From: an uncultured bacterium
Lineage (GTDB): Bacteria; CAYJRR01
Assembly: GCA_964372275.1 (NCBI GenBank)
Contig: CAYJRR010000046.1
Location: 1-32,200, forward strand
Direction: 5' to 3'
Length of the DNA: 32,200 nucleotides
Below the pieces are notes generated by a model. It did no database searches. It saw only the letters and a program-made list of their open reading frames with translations, and was not told where the DNA came from. A program made the translations under genes and the position numbers. The stretch's first letter is position 1. Every line of letters begins with the position of its first letter. Positions 7,775 through 17,351 of the stretch are shown piece after piece.

Positions 7775-10108
7775 ATGGACCTTCACGCCCACCTCAATCC
7801 CGAACAGGTCGATGCGGTCACGTGGCTCGGGGGCCCGCTCCTGATCCTGGCCGGGGCCGGCAGCGGAAAGACCCGCGTCCTCGTCTATCGGGTGTTGTGG
7901 CTCGCCGCCGAAGCGGGGGTCGATCCGGGCGAGGTCCTGGCGGTCACCTTCACCAACAAGGCGGCGGGGGAGATGAAGTCGCGGCTGGCCGCCCAGCTCG
8001 GCGAGGAGCTCGCGCGCCACGCCTGGTTCCACACCTTCCACGGCGCCTGCCTGCGGATCCTGCGGCGGGAGATCGACGGGCGTCTCGATCGGTACACCTC
8101 GAGCTTCGGCATCTACGACGACGACGAGCAGGTGAAAGTGGTGAAGGCGGCGCTGGCGAAAGCGAACGTCAGCGAGACCTTCCATCCGCCCCGCTCGATG
8201 CTGGCGCGCATCCACGACTGCAAGAACCGGATGGTCTCGCCGGCGGAGTCGAAGCGCGACGCGGACGACTTCTTCACCCAGACGGTGGCGAAGGTCTACG
8301 CCCACTACCAGGAGCTGCTCGCCGCCAACAATGCGGTCGACTTCGACGACATCCTGCTCCTCACGGTTCGCCTGTTCGACGAACACCCGGCGGTGCTCCA
8401 GCGCTACCAGCGCCGTTTCCGACACGTGCTGGTCGACGAATACCAGGACACCAACAAGGCGCAGTACCGGCTCGTCTCGCAGCTCGCGGCCGGGTACCGC
8501 AATCTCGCCTGCGTCGGCGACGACGACCAGGGGATCTACGCCTGGCGCGGCGCCGACATCCAGAACATCCTCGATTTCCAGAAGGACTATCCCGACGCGA
8601 AGGTGGTGAAGCTGGAACGGAACTACCGCTCCACCAAGACGATCCTGCAGGCGGCGATGGCGGTGGTGTCGCGCAACCGGGGGCGTCTCGGAAAGCGCCT
8701 GTGGACCGAGAACCCGGTCGGTTCGAGGATCTCGCTGCTCGAGGCGAAGGACGAGCGCGACGAGGCGCGGTGGATCGCGGAGGAGATCCAGCGGCTCGCC
8801 GCGGCGGCGCCGGCCGGCGGGTCGGGCGCGGTGGACCGCCGGCGGCGCGACATCGCCGTCTTCTACCGGACCAACGCGCAGTCGCGCGCGCTGGAGGAGG
8901 CGCTGCGCGGGCGCGGGATCCCCTACCGTTTGATCGGCGCGCTCAAGTTCTACGAGCGAGCCGAGATCAAGGACGTGATCGCCTACCTGCGCGCCGCGAT
9001 CAACCCGTCGGATTCGATCGCCCTCGCGCGCATCCTCAACGTCCCGCCGCGCGGGATCGGCGATACCACCGTCGAGCGGATCGAGGCGTTCGCCGAGGCG
9101 GAGCGGATCGGCTTCGGCGAGGCGTTGGGCCGCGTCGAGGAGATCGCCGAGATCAAGTCGGGCACGCGAAAGAAGATCGCCGAGTTCCACGCGCTGCTCG
9201 CAGGGTTGCGGGAGGCGGTCGGTACCACGCCACCGGCCGCCTTCCTCCGGCGGATCTGCGACGAGACCGGCTACCTCGACTGGCTGGCGAAGAGCGGGAT
9301 GGCGGCGAGCGGCGACGACCCGGGCGGCCGGATCGAGAACGTCGGCCAGTTGATCGCCTCGGCCTCCGAGCTGGCGGCGGAGATCCCGGACGCGACCGCC
9401 GCCGACTTCCTCGACCGTGTGCAGCTCGTCGCCGACGTCGACGACTTCGATCCGACCGCCGACGCGGTGACGTTGATGACCTTCCACGCCGCGAAGGGGC
9501 TCGAGTTTCCGATCGTTTTCATGACCGGCTTCGAGGAGGGGATCTTCCCCCACAGCCGCACGCTCGACCCCGACGCAGGGCCGCGCGCCCTGGAGGAGGA
9601 GCGGCGTCTCTGCTACGTCGGGATGACGCGCGCGCGGGAACGCCTCTTCATCACCTATGCGAGCGAGCGGGCGACCTGGGGGCCGCGGCGGCCGATGGGG
9701 GCCTCCCGGTTCCTCGCCGAGATCCCGCCGGAGGCGATGACGCGGGTGGCGACGCCGTGGGCGCGGGGGTCGAGCGACGGCTTCTTCGCGGCCGCCGGAT
9801 CGTTCGTCCGGGCGCGGCGTTCGCCGGTCGAGGAGGACGGTCCGACGCCTGCGACCCACGACGAGTTCGACCAGCGAACCACGTGGGACGACGCCGACGA
9901 CCGTCCGGCCACGGGGCGACATGGCGGGGTCGGGCCTTCCGCGCGGTGGCGCCGTGGGATGCGCATCGTCCACGCGCAGTTCGGGGAAGGGGAGATCCAG
10001 GCGGTCGAAGGGGGGGGGGACCACGCCAAGATCTCGGTCGCCTTCGACCGGGGCGGCGTCCGCAAGCTCCTCCTCAAATACGCCGGCAAGGACCTCCGCC
10101 CGGGGTAG
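7775..10108 (+). CDS. uvrD: ATP-dependent DNA helicase PcrA/UvrD
   Basis: LNPEQ, AGAGSGKT, VTFTNKAA, VDEYQDTN, VGDDDQ, NYRS, YRTNAQSR, HAAKGLEF, EEERRLCYVGMTRA; C-terminal Tudor-like domain (VHAQFGEG). Confidence 0.95.
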   Translation: MDLHAHLNPEQVDAVTWLGGPLLILAGAGSGKTRVLVYRVLWLAAEAGVDPGEVLAVTFTNKAAGEMKSRLAAQLGEELARHAWFHTFHGACLRILRREIDGRLDRYTSSFGIYDDDEQVKVVKAALAKANVSETFHPPRSMLARIHDCKNRMVSPAESKRDADDFFTQTVAKVYAHYQELLAANNAVDFDDILLLTVRLFDEHPAVLQRYQRRFRHVLVDEYQDTNKAQYRLVSQLAAGYRNLACVGDDDQGIYAWRGADIQNILDFQKDYPDAKVVKLERNYRSTKTILQAAMAVVSRNRGRLGKRLWTENPVGSRISLLEAKDERDEARWIAEEIQRLAAAAPAGGSGAVDRRRRDIAVFYRTNAQSRALEEALRGRGIPYRLIGALKFYERAEIKDVIAYLRAAINPSDSIALARILNVPPRGIGDTTVERIEAFAEAERIGFGEALGRVEEIAEIKSGTRKKIAEFHALLAGLREAVGTTPPAAFLRRICDETGYLDWLAKSGMAASGDDPGGRIENVGQLIASASELAAEIPDATAADFLDRVQLVADVDDFDPTADAVTLMTFHAAKGLEFPIVFMTGFEEGIFPHSRTLDPDAGPRALEEERRLCYVGMTRARERLFITYASERATWGPRRPMGASRFLAEIPPEAMTRVATPWARGSSDGFFAAAGSFVRARRSPVEEDGPTPATHDEFDQRTTWDDADDRPATGRHGGVGPSARWRRGMRIVHAQFGEGEIQAVEGGGDHAKISVAFDRGGVRKLLLKYAGKDLRPG

Positions 10109-10148
10109 TCGCCCGTCGGGTGTGCCGTGGTAGCGTAGGGGGCGATCG

Positions 10149-11027
10149 ATGGTCGTCCAGTGCTTGCGTTGCGAGGCCCGCTATCGCCTCGACGAATCGA
10201 GGATCAAGGGTCGCGGCGCCAAGGTCACCTGCCCCGCCTGCAAGAACGTCTTCCGCGTGATGAAGCCGGTCTCCGAGGCGACCGCCTCGGAGGCCGAAGC
10301 GCCGGCCGCCCCGATCGTCGAACCGGAGCCGGTTCCGCCCGTCGCACCGACGTCGTCCGCCACCGCGACCGCGACCTCCCCCACCGCCACGGTCGAATCG
10401 GGCGGGTCGGACGGCCACGACCCGAGGACCCTTCCGACCGGCGTCGTTCCGGCCGAGCGCGCGGCGACCTCCACCGTCGCCAGTGTGATGGCGTCGTTCG
10501 AAGCGGCGGCGGCGAGACGGCGGGCGTTCGCGGCGATCACCACCCGTTTTCCGGTGGCGCTGCCGGCGATCGGGGTCGGTCTGCTCGGTCTGGTGCTCGC
10601 GATCGTCGGGATGCGACTCGCGGCCAGCCCCGTTCGCGGTCACGCCCGCGAGACGAGGCCGGTGCCGGCGCGCGCGTCCACCGCGACGCGCGCGGCCCCC
10701 GTGGCGACGACCACTTCCGCCGCGACGCCGTCGCCGGGAGGAACGCCGTCCGCGACCGAGCGCGCGCGGGTGCATCTCCTCGCCGGACAGTCGCTCCTCT
10801 CCAGTGGACTCACCGCGGAGGCGCTCGACGAGCTTCGGGCGGCGGTGGCGCTCGAGCCGGGGTTCGCCGAGGCCCATCGCCTCCTGGGCGGGATCCATGC
10901 CCGCGCAGGGAGGAGAGCGGAGGCGTGCCTTTCCTTCGACGCCTACCTGCGACTCGTCCCGGCCGCGCCGGAGACGGCGACGATCGTGGCGGAGCGCGAT
11001 CGGCTTTGCGTCGGAGGGGCGCGGTGA
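10149..11027 (+). CDS. MJ0042-type zinc-ribbon + TM + TPR protein (1)
   Basis: CLRC-x16-VTCPAC ribbon, Pro/Ala/Thr linker, one TM helix, C-terminal TPRs. Confidence 0.85.
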   Translation: MVVQCLRCEARYRLDESRIKGRGAKVTCPACKNVFRVMKPVSEATASEAEAPAAPIVEPEPVPPVAPTSSATATATSPTATVESGGSDGHDPRTLPTGVVPAERAATSTVASVMASFEAAAARRRAFAAITTRFPVALPAIGVGLLGLVLAIVGMRLAASPVRGHARETRPVPARASTATRAAPVATTTSAATPSPGGTPSATERARVHLLAGQSLLSSGLTAEALDELRAAVALEPGFAEAHRLLGGIHARAGRRAEACLSFDAYLRLVPAAPETATIVAERDRLCVGGAR

Positions 11028-12328
11028 AGGTCACCTGCGAGAAGTGCGGGACGGCGTACGACTTCGACGACGCCAAGATCACCGATACCGGCGTCAAGGT
11101 TCGGTGCACGCACTGCGAGCACGTCTTCCGCGTGAAGAAAGGGCCATCGGGCGACGCTCCGCGGAAGGAGGGGCCGATTCCCGAGGCGCCGCGCCGCGAC
11201 GAGTCGCCACCGCCGGAACTGCCGGAGGACAAGCCGCGCCGCTGGCAGATCCGTCCGCCGACGGGCGGGATGCTCGAGTTCACCGAGATGACCACCTTGC
11301 AGCGCTGGATCGTCGAGGGGCGGGTCGGCCGCGAGGACGAGATCAGCCACAACGGCAAGAAGTGGCGATGCCTCGGGGAGATCCGGGAGCTGGAGACCTT
11401 CTTCGTGGCGCAGGAGCGCGCGTCGAAGCCACCCGCGCCCCCGGCGCCGCCCCCCGCGCCACCGCCGCCCGTCTCGCCGATCTCGGTGACGATCACCCAG
11501 GCCGCCCCCGCACCGGCGCCGGTCGCGATGCCGCCGACTCCTGTCGTGGCCTCGCCTCCCGCCGCGACGGCGATGGCGAGCGCGCCGGCCGCGGCGATCC
11601 CCCCCCGCCGGCGATCGCTCGCGCTGCCGGCCTTCGCCGTCTTCATCCTCGCGGCGGCGGGCGGCACGTACTACCTTTGGAGGAGTCCGCTCGACGGGCC
11701 GTGGCGCGCGTGGCTTCCGCCGAAACCCCCCGCCTCCGATCCGGCGCCGGCCGCGTCGCCCGCGGAGACGGCGCCGGCCACGGTCGCCGCCACGGCGACT
11801 TCGACACCACCGGCCCTCGCCTCGACGACCGGCGCCGTCGCCGTCGCCGCCACGACCTCGAATCCCGCGTCCGACGTCCCCCGACCGCCCGCCGTGACGC
11901 CGTCGGCACCCCCGGCATCGGCGCCCCCCGCCGCGACGCCGACCGCGGTCGCCGCCGCGGTCGGTCCCGAGACGCTCCTCAAACAGGGCTACGAGGCCTT
12001 CACCCAGGGCCGCTACCCGGAGGCGATCGCGAAGTTCAAGGCGGCCGTCGACCTCGCACCCGACAGCTCGGAGGGCTACGCGCTGCTCGGGGCGGTCTAC
12101 CTGGAGTCCGGAAACGAGGAGCTCGCGGAGAGCAGCCTGGAGACGGCGATTCGACTCAATCCGCGCTACGCCGACGCCCATCGCAGCCTGGGTTTCCTCT
12201 ACGAGAAGCGGGGGGACAAGGAGCGCGCGATCAAGTCGCTGGGACAGTTCCTGGACCTTCGCCCCGACGGACCCCAGTCGGACGACGTCCGCCGCCGTCT
12301 CGAGGCGTTGCAAGGGGAGCCGCCGTGA
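11024..12328 (+). CDS. MJ0042-type zinc-ribbon + GYF-like + TM + TPR protein (2)
   Basis: GTG 11024 overlaps the previous stop. CEKC..VRCTHC ribbon, WQIR..TLQRWIVEGRV..DEIS..W..LGEI GYF_2-like domain, TM helix, Pro/Ala linker, about 3 TPRs. Confidence 0.85.
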   Translation: MKVTCEKCGTAYDFDDAKITDTGVKVRCTHCEHVFRVKKGPSGDAPRKEGPIPEAPRRDESPPPELPEDKPRRWQIRPPTGGMLEFTEMTTLQRWIVEGRVGREDEISHNGKKWRCLGEIRELETFFVAQERASKPPAPPAPPPAPPPPVSPISVTITQAAPAPAPVAMPPTPVVASPPAATAMASAPAAAIPPRRRSLALPAFAVFILAAAGGTYYLWRSPLDGPWRAWLPPKPPASDPAPAASPAETAPATVAATATSTPPALASTTGAVAVAATTSNPASDVPRPPAVTPSAPPASAPPAATPTAVAAAVGPETLLKQGYEAFTQGRYPEAIAKFKAAVDLAPDSSEGYALLGAVYLESGNEELAESSLETAIRLNPRYADAHRSLGFLYEKRGDKERAIKSLGQFLDLRPDGPQSDDVRRRLEALQGEPP

Positions 12329-13200
12329 AGGTCGTTTGCGACGCCTGCCAGACCGTCTACCACCTCGCCGACTCGAAGCTGACGGCGGAGGTCGCGCAGG
12401 CGAAGTGCAAGGTCTGTGGGAATCGCCTGATCGTCCGACGCGCCGAACCGACGGTCGACGAGCCTTCGGTGTACGAGCCGACGGTCGAATCGCCCCCCTC
12501 GCGGCGCGAAGAGCCCTCGATCCCTCCGGAGGTCGCGGCCGACAACGCGGCGCTCCTCGGCTCGCTCTTGTCCCCGCGGGTCGTCGAGCGTACCGCCCCC
12601 GCGCCGGAGCCGCCGGCGTGGCTCGCCGACGACGACCGGCCGGCGCCACACGCGCGTCCGGCACCGGTCGACCCAACCCCGGTCGAGGACCCGATGCCAC
12701 CGCCGGCGCCGCCGCCGGCCTCCGAAGCGCGGCCCCGTCCGCGCTCCGCCCCGGCGTCCCTTCCGGTGGAGGTCGCCGGCGAGGCCGTTCCCGCCGCCGT
12801 TCCCTCCGGCGTCATCCCCGAATCGGCTCCGCCGTTCGAGGAGGAGCCGATCGATCCGGTCGCGATCTCGGTGGCGATCGCCTCCGGGATCGCCGCCGGC
12901 GCCATCCTGGCGAGCGGGGCCTGGACGCAATCGACGACCGCCTGGATCGGACTGGGGGCGGCCCTCTTCGCCGCGACCTCGTCGGCGTTGAGCCTCCTCT
13001 CGCGCCGCGTCGGCGGGATCGCATGGCTGTCGATCCTCGGGGCGTCGATCGTCGCCGCCTGCGGCACGTTGCTGATCGCGCACCTCCTGCAGCCGGATCC
13101 GGGCCCGACGAGGCGTCCTCACCGGCCCACGCCCGCAGCCCGCCCCGGCTTGGGGGTTGATGGGGGAGCCCAATCCGAAGAAACTGCGTGGTCCCGTTGA
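12325..13200 (+). CDS. MJ0042-type zinc-ribbon membrane protein (3) with about 3 C-terminal TM helices
   Basis: GTG 12325 overlaps the previous stop. CDAC..AKCKVC ribbon, Pro/Glu-rich linker, three hydrophobic segments. Confidence 0.8.
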   Translation: MKVVCDACQTVYHLADSKLTAEVAQAKCKVCGNRLIVRRAEPTVDEPSVYEPTVESPPSRREEPSIPPEVAADNAALLGSLLSPRVVERTAPAPEPPAWLADDDRPAPHARPAPVDPTPVEDPMPPPAPPPASEARPRPRSAPASLPVEVAGEAVPAAVPSGVIPESAPPFEEEPIDPVAISVAIASGIAAGAILASGAWTQSTTAWIGLGAALFAATSSALSLLSRRVGGIAWLSILGASIVAACGTLLIAHLLQPDPGPTRRPHRPTPAARPGLGVDGGAQSEETAWSR

Positions 13201-13215
13201 CCCGGAGGGCTGCCC

Positions 13216-13683
13216 ATGCGTCACGTCACCTCGATCGCCTTCGTCTTTTCGCTCGTGCCCGCGTCCGCCCTGGCCGCGAAGGGTGAGCCGGCCGCCAAAG
13301 GGGTGCCGCCCGGCATCAGCCAGGCGAGCGTCTCCGCCGCGGTGTCGGAGTTCGTGCTGGCCTTGGGCTCCCACGACGAGGAGCGGGTGCTGGCGGCGAT
13401 TTCCCCCTCCGACCGGCTGGCGCTCCGGGGTCGCGAGAACCTGATCGGAACCGTCTACGAGCGCGCGTTGCAGTCGCCGAACGTCAAGTCGTTCGAGAAG
13501 GTGAGCGCCAAAGGGAAGGACGTCGGGGTCAAGGCGGTCGTCACCGTACAGGAGATCGACTCGATCGACGGAACGACCGCCCCCAAGGAGAAGACCTGGT
13601 ACCTCGTCCTCGACGGCAACACGTTGAAGGTGTCGATCGTCAGCGTCTGGCTCGACGGCGGCGGAGTCGGGGGATCGAAGTGA
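13216..13683 (+). CDS. Hypothetical secreted protein (possibly NTF2-like fold)
   Basis: Signal peptide ending ALA; GGAGGG RBS; stop overlaps the hemB start; helix-then-beta-strand pattern. Confidence 0.7.
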   Translation: MRHVTSIAFVFSLVPASALAAKGEPAAKGVPPGISQASVSAAVSEFVLALGSHDEERVLAAISPSDRLALRGRENLIGTVYERALQSPNVKSFEKVSAKGKDVGVKAVVTVQEIDSIDGTTAPKEKTWYLVLDGNTLKVSIVSVWLDGGGVGGSK

Positions 13684-14687
13684 GGTTTCCGGCGGCGCGG
13701 CCGCGCCGTCTGCGGCGTACCGCCGCGCTTCGCCGTCTGTCGCGCGAGACCTCGCTCTCCGCCGACGACCTGATCCTGCCGCTCTTCGTCGCCCCGGGAT
13801 CGGGGGTGCGGGCAGAGGTGGCATCGATGCCCGGCGTCCACCGACTGTCGGTCGACCGGGTGGTGCAGGAGGCGCGCGAGGCGGCCGATGCGGGCGTCGG
13901 CGGCCTGATCCTGTTCGGCCTCCCGCCGTCGAAGGACGAAGCCGGATCCCAGGCGTGGGCCGACGACGGCGTGGTGCAGCGGGCGCTGCGCGCGCTCAAG
14001 GAGACGGATCTTCCGCTCGTCCTGTTCGCCGACACCTGCCTCTGCGAATACACCGCGCACGGACACTGCGGCGTCCTCGAGAAGAGGACCGAGAACGGGA
14101 GGGAGGTGGTCGACGTCCGCAACGACGAGACGCTTCCACTGCTGGCCCGCGCCGCCGTCTCGCAGGCCAAGGCCGGGGCCGACGTGATCGCCCCCTCCGA
14201 CATGATGGATGGCCGCGTGGCCGCCATCCGCGCCGCTCTCGACGAGGCGGGGTTCGACCACGTGCCGATCCTCTCCTACGCGGCGAAGTTCGCCTCGGCC
14301 TTCTACGGACCGTTCCGGGACGCCGCCGACTCCGCTCCCCAGAAAGGGGACCGGCGCGGATACCAGATGGACGGCGCGAACGGACGCGAGGCGATGCGCG
14401 AGATCGCGCTCGACCTCGAGGAGGGGGCCGACGCGGTGATGGTCAAGCCGGCGCTGCCGTACCTCGACGTGGTCGCCGAGGCCAGGGCGCGTTTCGACGT
14501 GCCGATCGCCGCCTATCACGTGAGCGGCGAATACGCCTCGATCGTGGCGGCCGCGCGCGCCGGTTGGCTCGACCGCGACCGGGCGATGATGGAGGCGCTG
14601 CTCTCGATCCGCCGCGCCGGCGCCGATTGGATCGTCACCTACTTCGCACGGGAGGCGGCACGCCTGCTCGCGGAGGGAACCGGGTGA
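13680..14687 (+). CDS. hemB: Porphobilinogen synthase (ALA dehydratase), Zn-binding type
   Basis: [57 protein letters not shown]. Confidence 0.97.
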   Translation: MRFPAARPRRLRRTAALRRLSRETSLSADDLILPLFVAPGSGVRAEVASMPGVHRLSVDRVVQEAREAADAGVGGLILFGLPPSKDEAGSQAWADDGVVQRALRALKETDLPLVLFADTCLCEYTAHGHCGVLEKRTENGREVVDVRNDETLPLLARAAVSQAKAGADVIAPSDMMDGRVAAIRAALDEAGFDHVPILSYAAKFASAFYGPFRDAADSAPQKGDRRGYQMDGANGREAMREIALDLEEGADAVMVKPALPYLDVVAEARARFDVPIAAYHVSGEYASIVAAARAGWLDRDRAMMEALLSIRRAGADWIVTYFAREAARLLAEGTG

Positions 14688-15112
14688 GTCGCGCGGCGAA
14701 GAGGGTGCTGGTCGTCGACGACGACCCGCTGATGCTCCGGGTGGTGAAGGACCGGCTCGCCGCCGAGGGGTTCGAGGTCGCCACCACCTCGTCGGCGTTC
14801 GAGGCGACGCATCGGGTGGAGGAGACGGCGCCAGACGTGGTTCTGATCGACGTCGACCTGCCGGCGCTCTCCGGCGCCAGAGTCGCCGCGCTGATCCGCG
14901 ATCGGATCGGGGCGCGCGGGGTGAGGGTCCTCCTCTATTCCTCGACCGAGGAGTCGGAGCTGAAGGCGCTCGCCGACGAGGCGGGGGCCGACGGGTACCT
15001 GGTGAAGAGCGACGACTACGCCCTTCTCGTCCGGTCGGTCCGGCGGCTCGCGACCGGAAAGCCGCTCGCCGCGGCGAAACCGGCGGCGCGTCCCGCGAAG
15101 AAGAAGCGATGA
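14684..15112 (+). CDS. Single-domain response regulator
   Basis: GTGA overlap with hemB. VLVVDDD, VVLID (phospho-Asp), LYSS, YLVKS. Confidence 0.88.
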   Translation: MSRAAKRVLVVDDDPLMLRVVKDRLAAEGFEVATTSSAFEATHRVEETAPDVVLIDVDLPALSGARVAALIRDRIGARGVRVLLYSSTEESELKALADEAGADGYLVKSDDYALLVRSVRRLATGKPLAAAKPAARPAKKKR

Positions 15113-15330
15113 CCGCCGATCGCACCGGCTCCGCGACGTACAAGTTCGTCGAGACCAGCGTGGTGACCGACGAGACGTTGGAACGTCTGGTCAACGAGTG
15201 GGTCGGTCAAGGCTGGCAGCTCGACGGGATCCACTTCGTGACCGCGCCCAGCTCGAAGCGGCCGGTGATGGCCTTCCTCGCCTTCACCCGGACCGCCAGG
15301 TCCCGCGGAAAGGGTTCGAAGGCCCGATGA
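15109..15330 (+). CDS. Small DUF4177-like protein
   Basis: YKFVE...LERLVNEWVGQGWQL..; ATGA overlaps on both sides. Confidence 0.7.
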   Translation: MTADRTGSATYKFVETSVVTDETLERLVNEWVGQGWQLDGIHFVTAPSSKRPVMAFLAFTRTARSRGKGSKAR

Positions 15331-15788
15331 GCGCGCGGCGGCCGCCGGAGCTGTTCGACCGGGTGATGGCGAAGGCGATCGACGCCGGGATCTGGCTCCT
15401 GCTGGCGCTGCTCGTTCCGCCGGCCGGGACGCTGTTCGGGGTGCTGTTCTGGCTCTGCTCCGACCGGATCTTCGGCGGGCAGAGCCCCGGCAAGCGATTC
15501 GTCGGACTTCTCGTGCTCCACAAGGACCAGCGCCGGCCCTGCACGCTCAAGGAGAGCGCGCTCCGCAACCTTCCGTTCGCCGTACCAGCGTTGTTCCTGG
15601 TGATCCCCGTCGCCGGTCCGTTCCTGGCGGCGATCGTCGGACTGCCGATCCTCGCCATCGAAAGCTACTTTTTCGCCTCCGATCCGCAGCAGGCCCGCCT
15701 CGGCGACATCTTCGCCGACACCCGCGTGGTGAAGGGCCGTCCTCGCAAGAAAGAGAAGGCGTCCGCCGGCGAGCCACCGGCCGCGTGA
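15327..15788 (+). CDS. RDD family membrane protein
   Basis: RVMAKAID, GQSPGKR..GL.V, SALRN, RLGDIFADTRV. Confidence 0.88.
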   Translation: MSARRPPELFDRVMAKAIDAGIWLLLALLVPPAGTLFGVLFWLCSDRIFGGQSPGKRFVGLLVLHKDQRRPCTLKESALRNLPFAVPALFLVIPVAGPFLAAIVGLPILAIESYFFASDPQQARLGDIFADTRVVKGRPRKKEKASAGEPPAA

Positions 15789-15839
15789 CGCAGTATGTGC
15801 GCTTGACGCGCCGGGTACGAGACCCATGAATTCGCGGCC

Positions 15840-17351
15840 ATGGCCGCACCGAAGATCCTGGTCGTCGAAGACGAACAGCTGGTCGCCCTCGACGTCGAGC
15901 GCCGGCTGACCCGATTCGGCTACGACGCGCGGACCGCCGCCACCGGCGAGGAGGCGACCGAGCAGGCGTTCGCCTGGCGCCCCGATCTGGTGCTGATGGA
16001 CGTCCGACTGCGAGGGGGACTCGACGGGATCGAGGCCGCGCGGCGGATCCTGGCCTCGATCGACGTGCCGGTCATCTACCTGACCGCCTATGCCGACGAG
16101 GAGACGCTGGCGCGGGCGCGCGCGTCGGAGCCGTACGGCTACGTCCTGAAGCCGTTCGACGAGCGGGAGCTGCGAACCACGATCGAGGTCAGCCTGCAGC
16201 GCCACGGGATCGAACGTCACCACGCGGAGCAGGAGGCTCTCCAGCGGTTCCTCTCCGACTCGAGCCGCGCTCTGGCGGAGTCCCTCGATTTCCGCACCGT
16301 CCTCCGGCGCGCGGCGGACCTGTTGGCGCCGCGCTGCGCGGACTCCTGCCGCCTGTCGTTGAAGGCGACGAACCACGTCGTTCCGGTCCTCACGATCGAC
16401 TCGACCGGGGAGGAGCGCGAAGAGCCGCCGCCGCCGGGGAGTCTTCTCGCCACCGTCCTGTCCACCGGACGCTCGGCGGTCTCCGGGCCGACGCTCGCCG
16501 TCCCGGTCGCCACGCGACAGCGGATACTGGGCGGGATCCAACTCTCGTTCCACGACCCCGAGCGACGCTTTACGGCGGGCGACGTTTCCACCATCGAGGA
16601 CTTCGGCGCCCGGCTCGCGATGGCGCTCGAGAACGCGCTGCTCTATCGGCAGGCTCAACGGGCGATTTCGATGCGCGAGGAGGTGCTGGCCGTCGTCTCG
16701 CACGACCTCCGGAACCTGCTGAGCTCGGTCCTGCTCCGCGCGGCGTCGATCGCCCGGAATCGTCCCGACAACCAGGCCGCGCAGGCCGTCGTACGCACGG
16801 TGCACCGCATGAACCGCCTCATCGGCGACCTGCTCGACGCCGCGTCGATCGAGGCGGGGGCCGTGTCGCTCGACCGGCGGCCGTGCGCGGCCGGCGCCCT
16901 CGTCCACGAGGCGGTCGAAACGATTCGCCCCCTCGCCGAGGAGCACGGAATCATCCTCCGCGAGGAGGTCCCGGCGGAGTGGGTGTGCGTCTTCGGGGAT
17001 CGGGAGCGTCTGCAGCAGGTCTTGGGCAACCTCATCGACAACGCGATCAAGTTCACCCCGAGCGGCGGTTCGATCACCGTTCGCGCAGTACAGGTGGGGG
17101 ACCGCGTGCGATACGAGGTACGTGACAGCGGGGTGGGGATCCCGGACGAACAGCGCCCGCACCTCTTCGATCGTTTCTGGAGGGCCGCCGCGCGAAAGAA
17201 GGGGACGGGACTGGGCCTCTACATCGCGAAGGGGATCGTCGAGGCGCACGGCGGCGAGATTGGGGTCGAGAGCGTGATCGGCCGTGGCAGCGTCTTTCAC
17301 TTCACGATCCCCGCCGCCGTCCACGTTGCGGAGCATCCCGCGGCGCCGTGA
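15840..17351 (+). CDS. Hybrid sensor histidine kinase (REC-GAF-HisKA-HATPase)
   Basis: ILVVEDE..LVLMD..YLTA..KPF receiver; short GAF-like segment; SHDLRN H-box, NLIDNAIKF, DSGVG, GTGLGL. Confidence 0.92.
   Translation: MAAPKILVVEDEQLVALDVERRLTRFGYDARTAATGEEATEQAFAWRPDLVLMDVRLRGGLDGIEAARRILASIDVPVIYLTAYADEETLARARASEPYGYVLKPFDERELRTTIEVSLQRHGIERHHAEQEALQRFLSDSSRALAESLDFRTVLRRAADLLAPRCADSCRLSLKATNHVVPVLTIDSTGEEREEPPPPGSLLATVLSTGRSAVSGPTLAVPVATRQRILGGIQLSFHDPERRFTAGDVSTIEDFGARLAMALENALLYRQAQRAISMREEVLAVVSHDLRNLLSSVLLRAASIARNRPDNQAAQAVVRTVHRMNRLIGDLLDAASIEAGAVSLDRRPCAAGALVHEAVETIRPLAEEHGIILREEVPAEWVCVFGDRERLQQVLGNLIDNAIKFTPSGGSITVRAVQVGDRVRYEVRDSGVGIPDEQRPHLFDRFWRAAARKKGTGLGLYIAKGIVEAHGGEIGVESVIGRGSVFHFTIPAAVHVAEHPAAP

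Noticed and set aside
10260-12850. Pro/Ala-rich low-complexity tracts as DNA repeat arrays or CRISPR
   Set aside because: They are coding linkers with no fixed-length repeat-spacer periodicity, and no cas genes are present.
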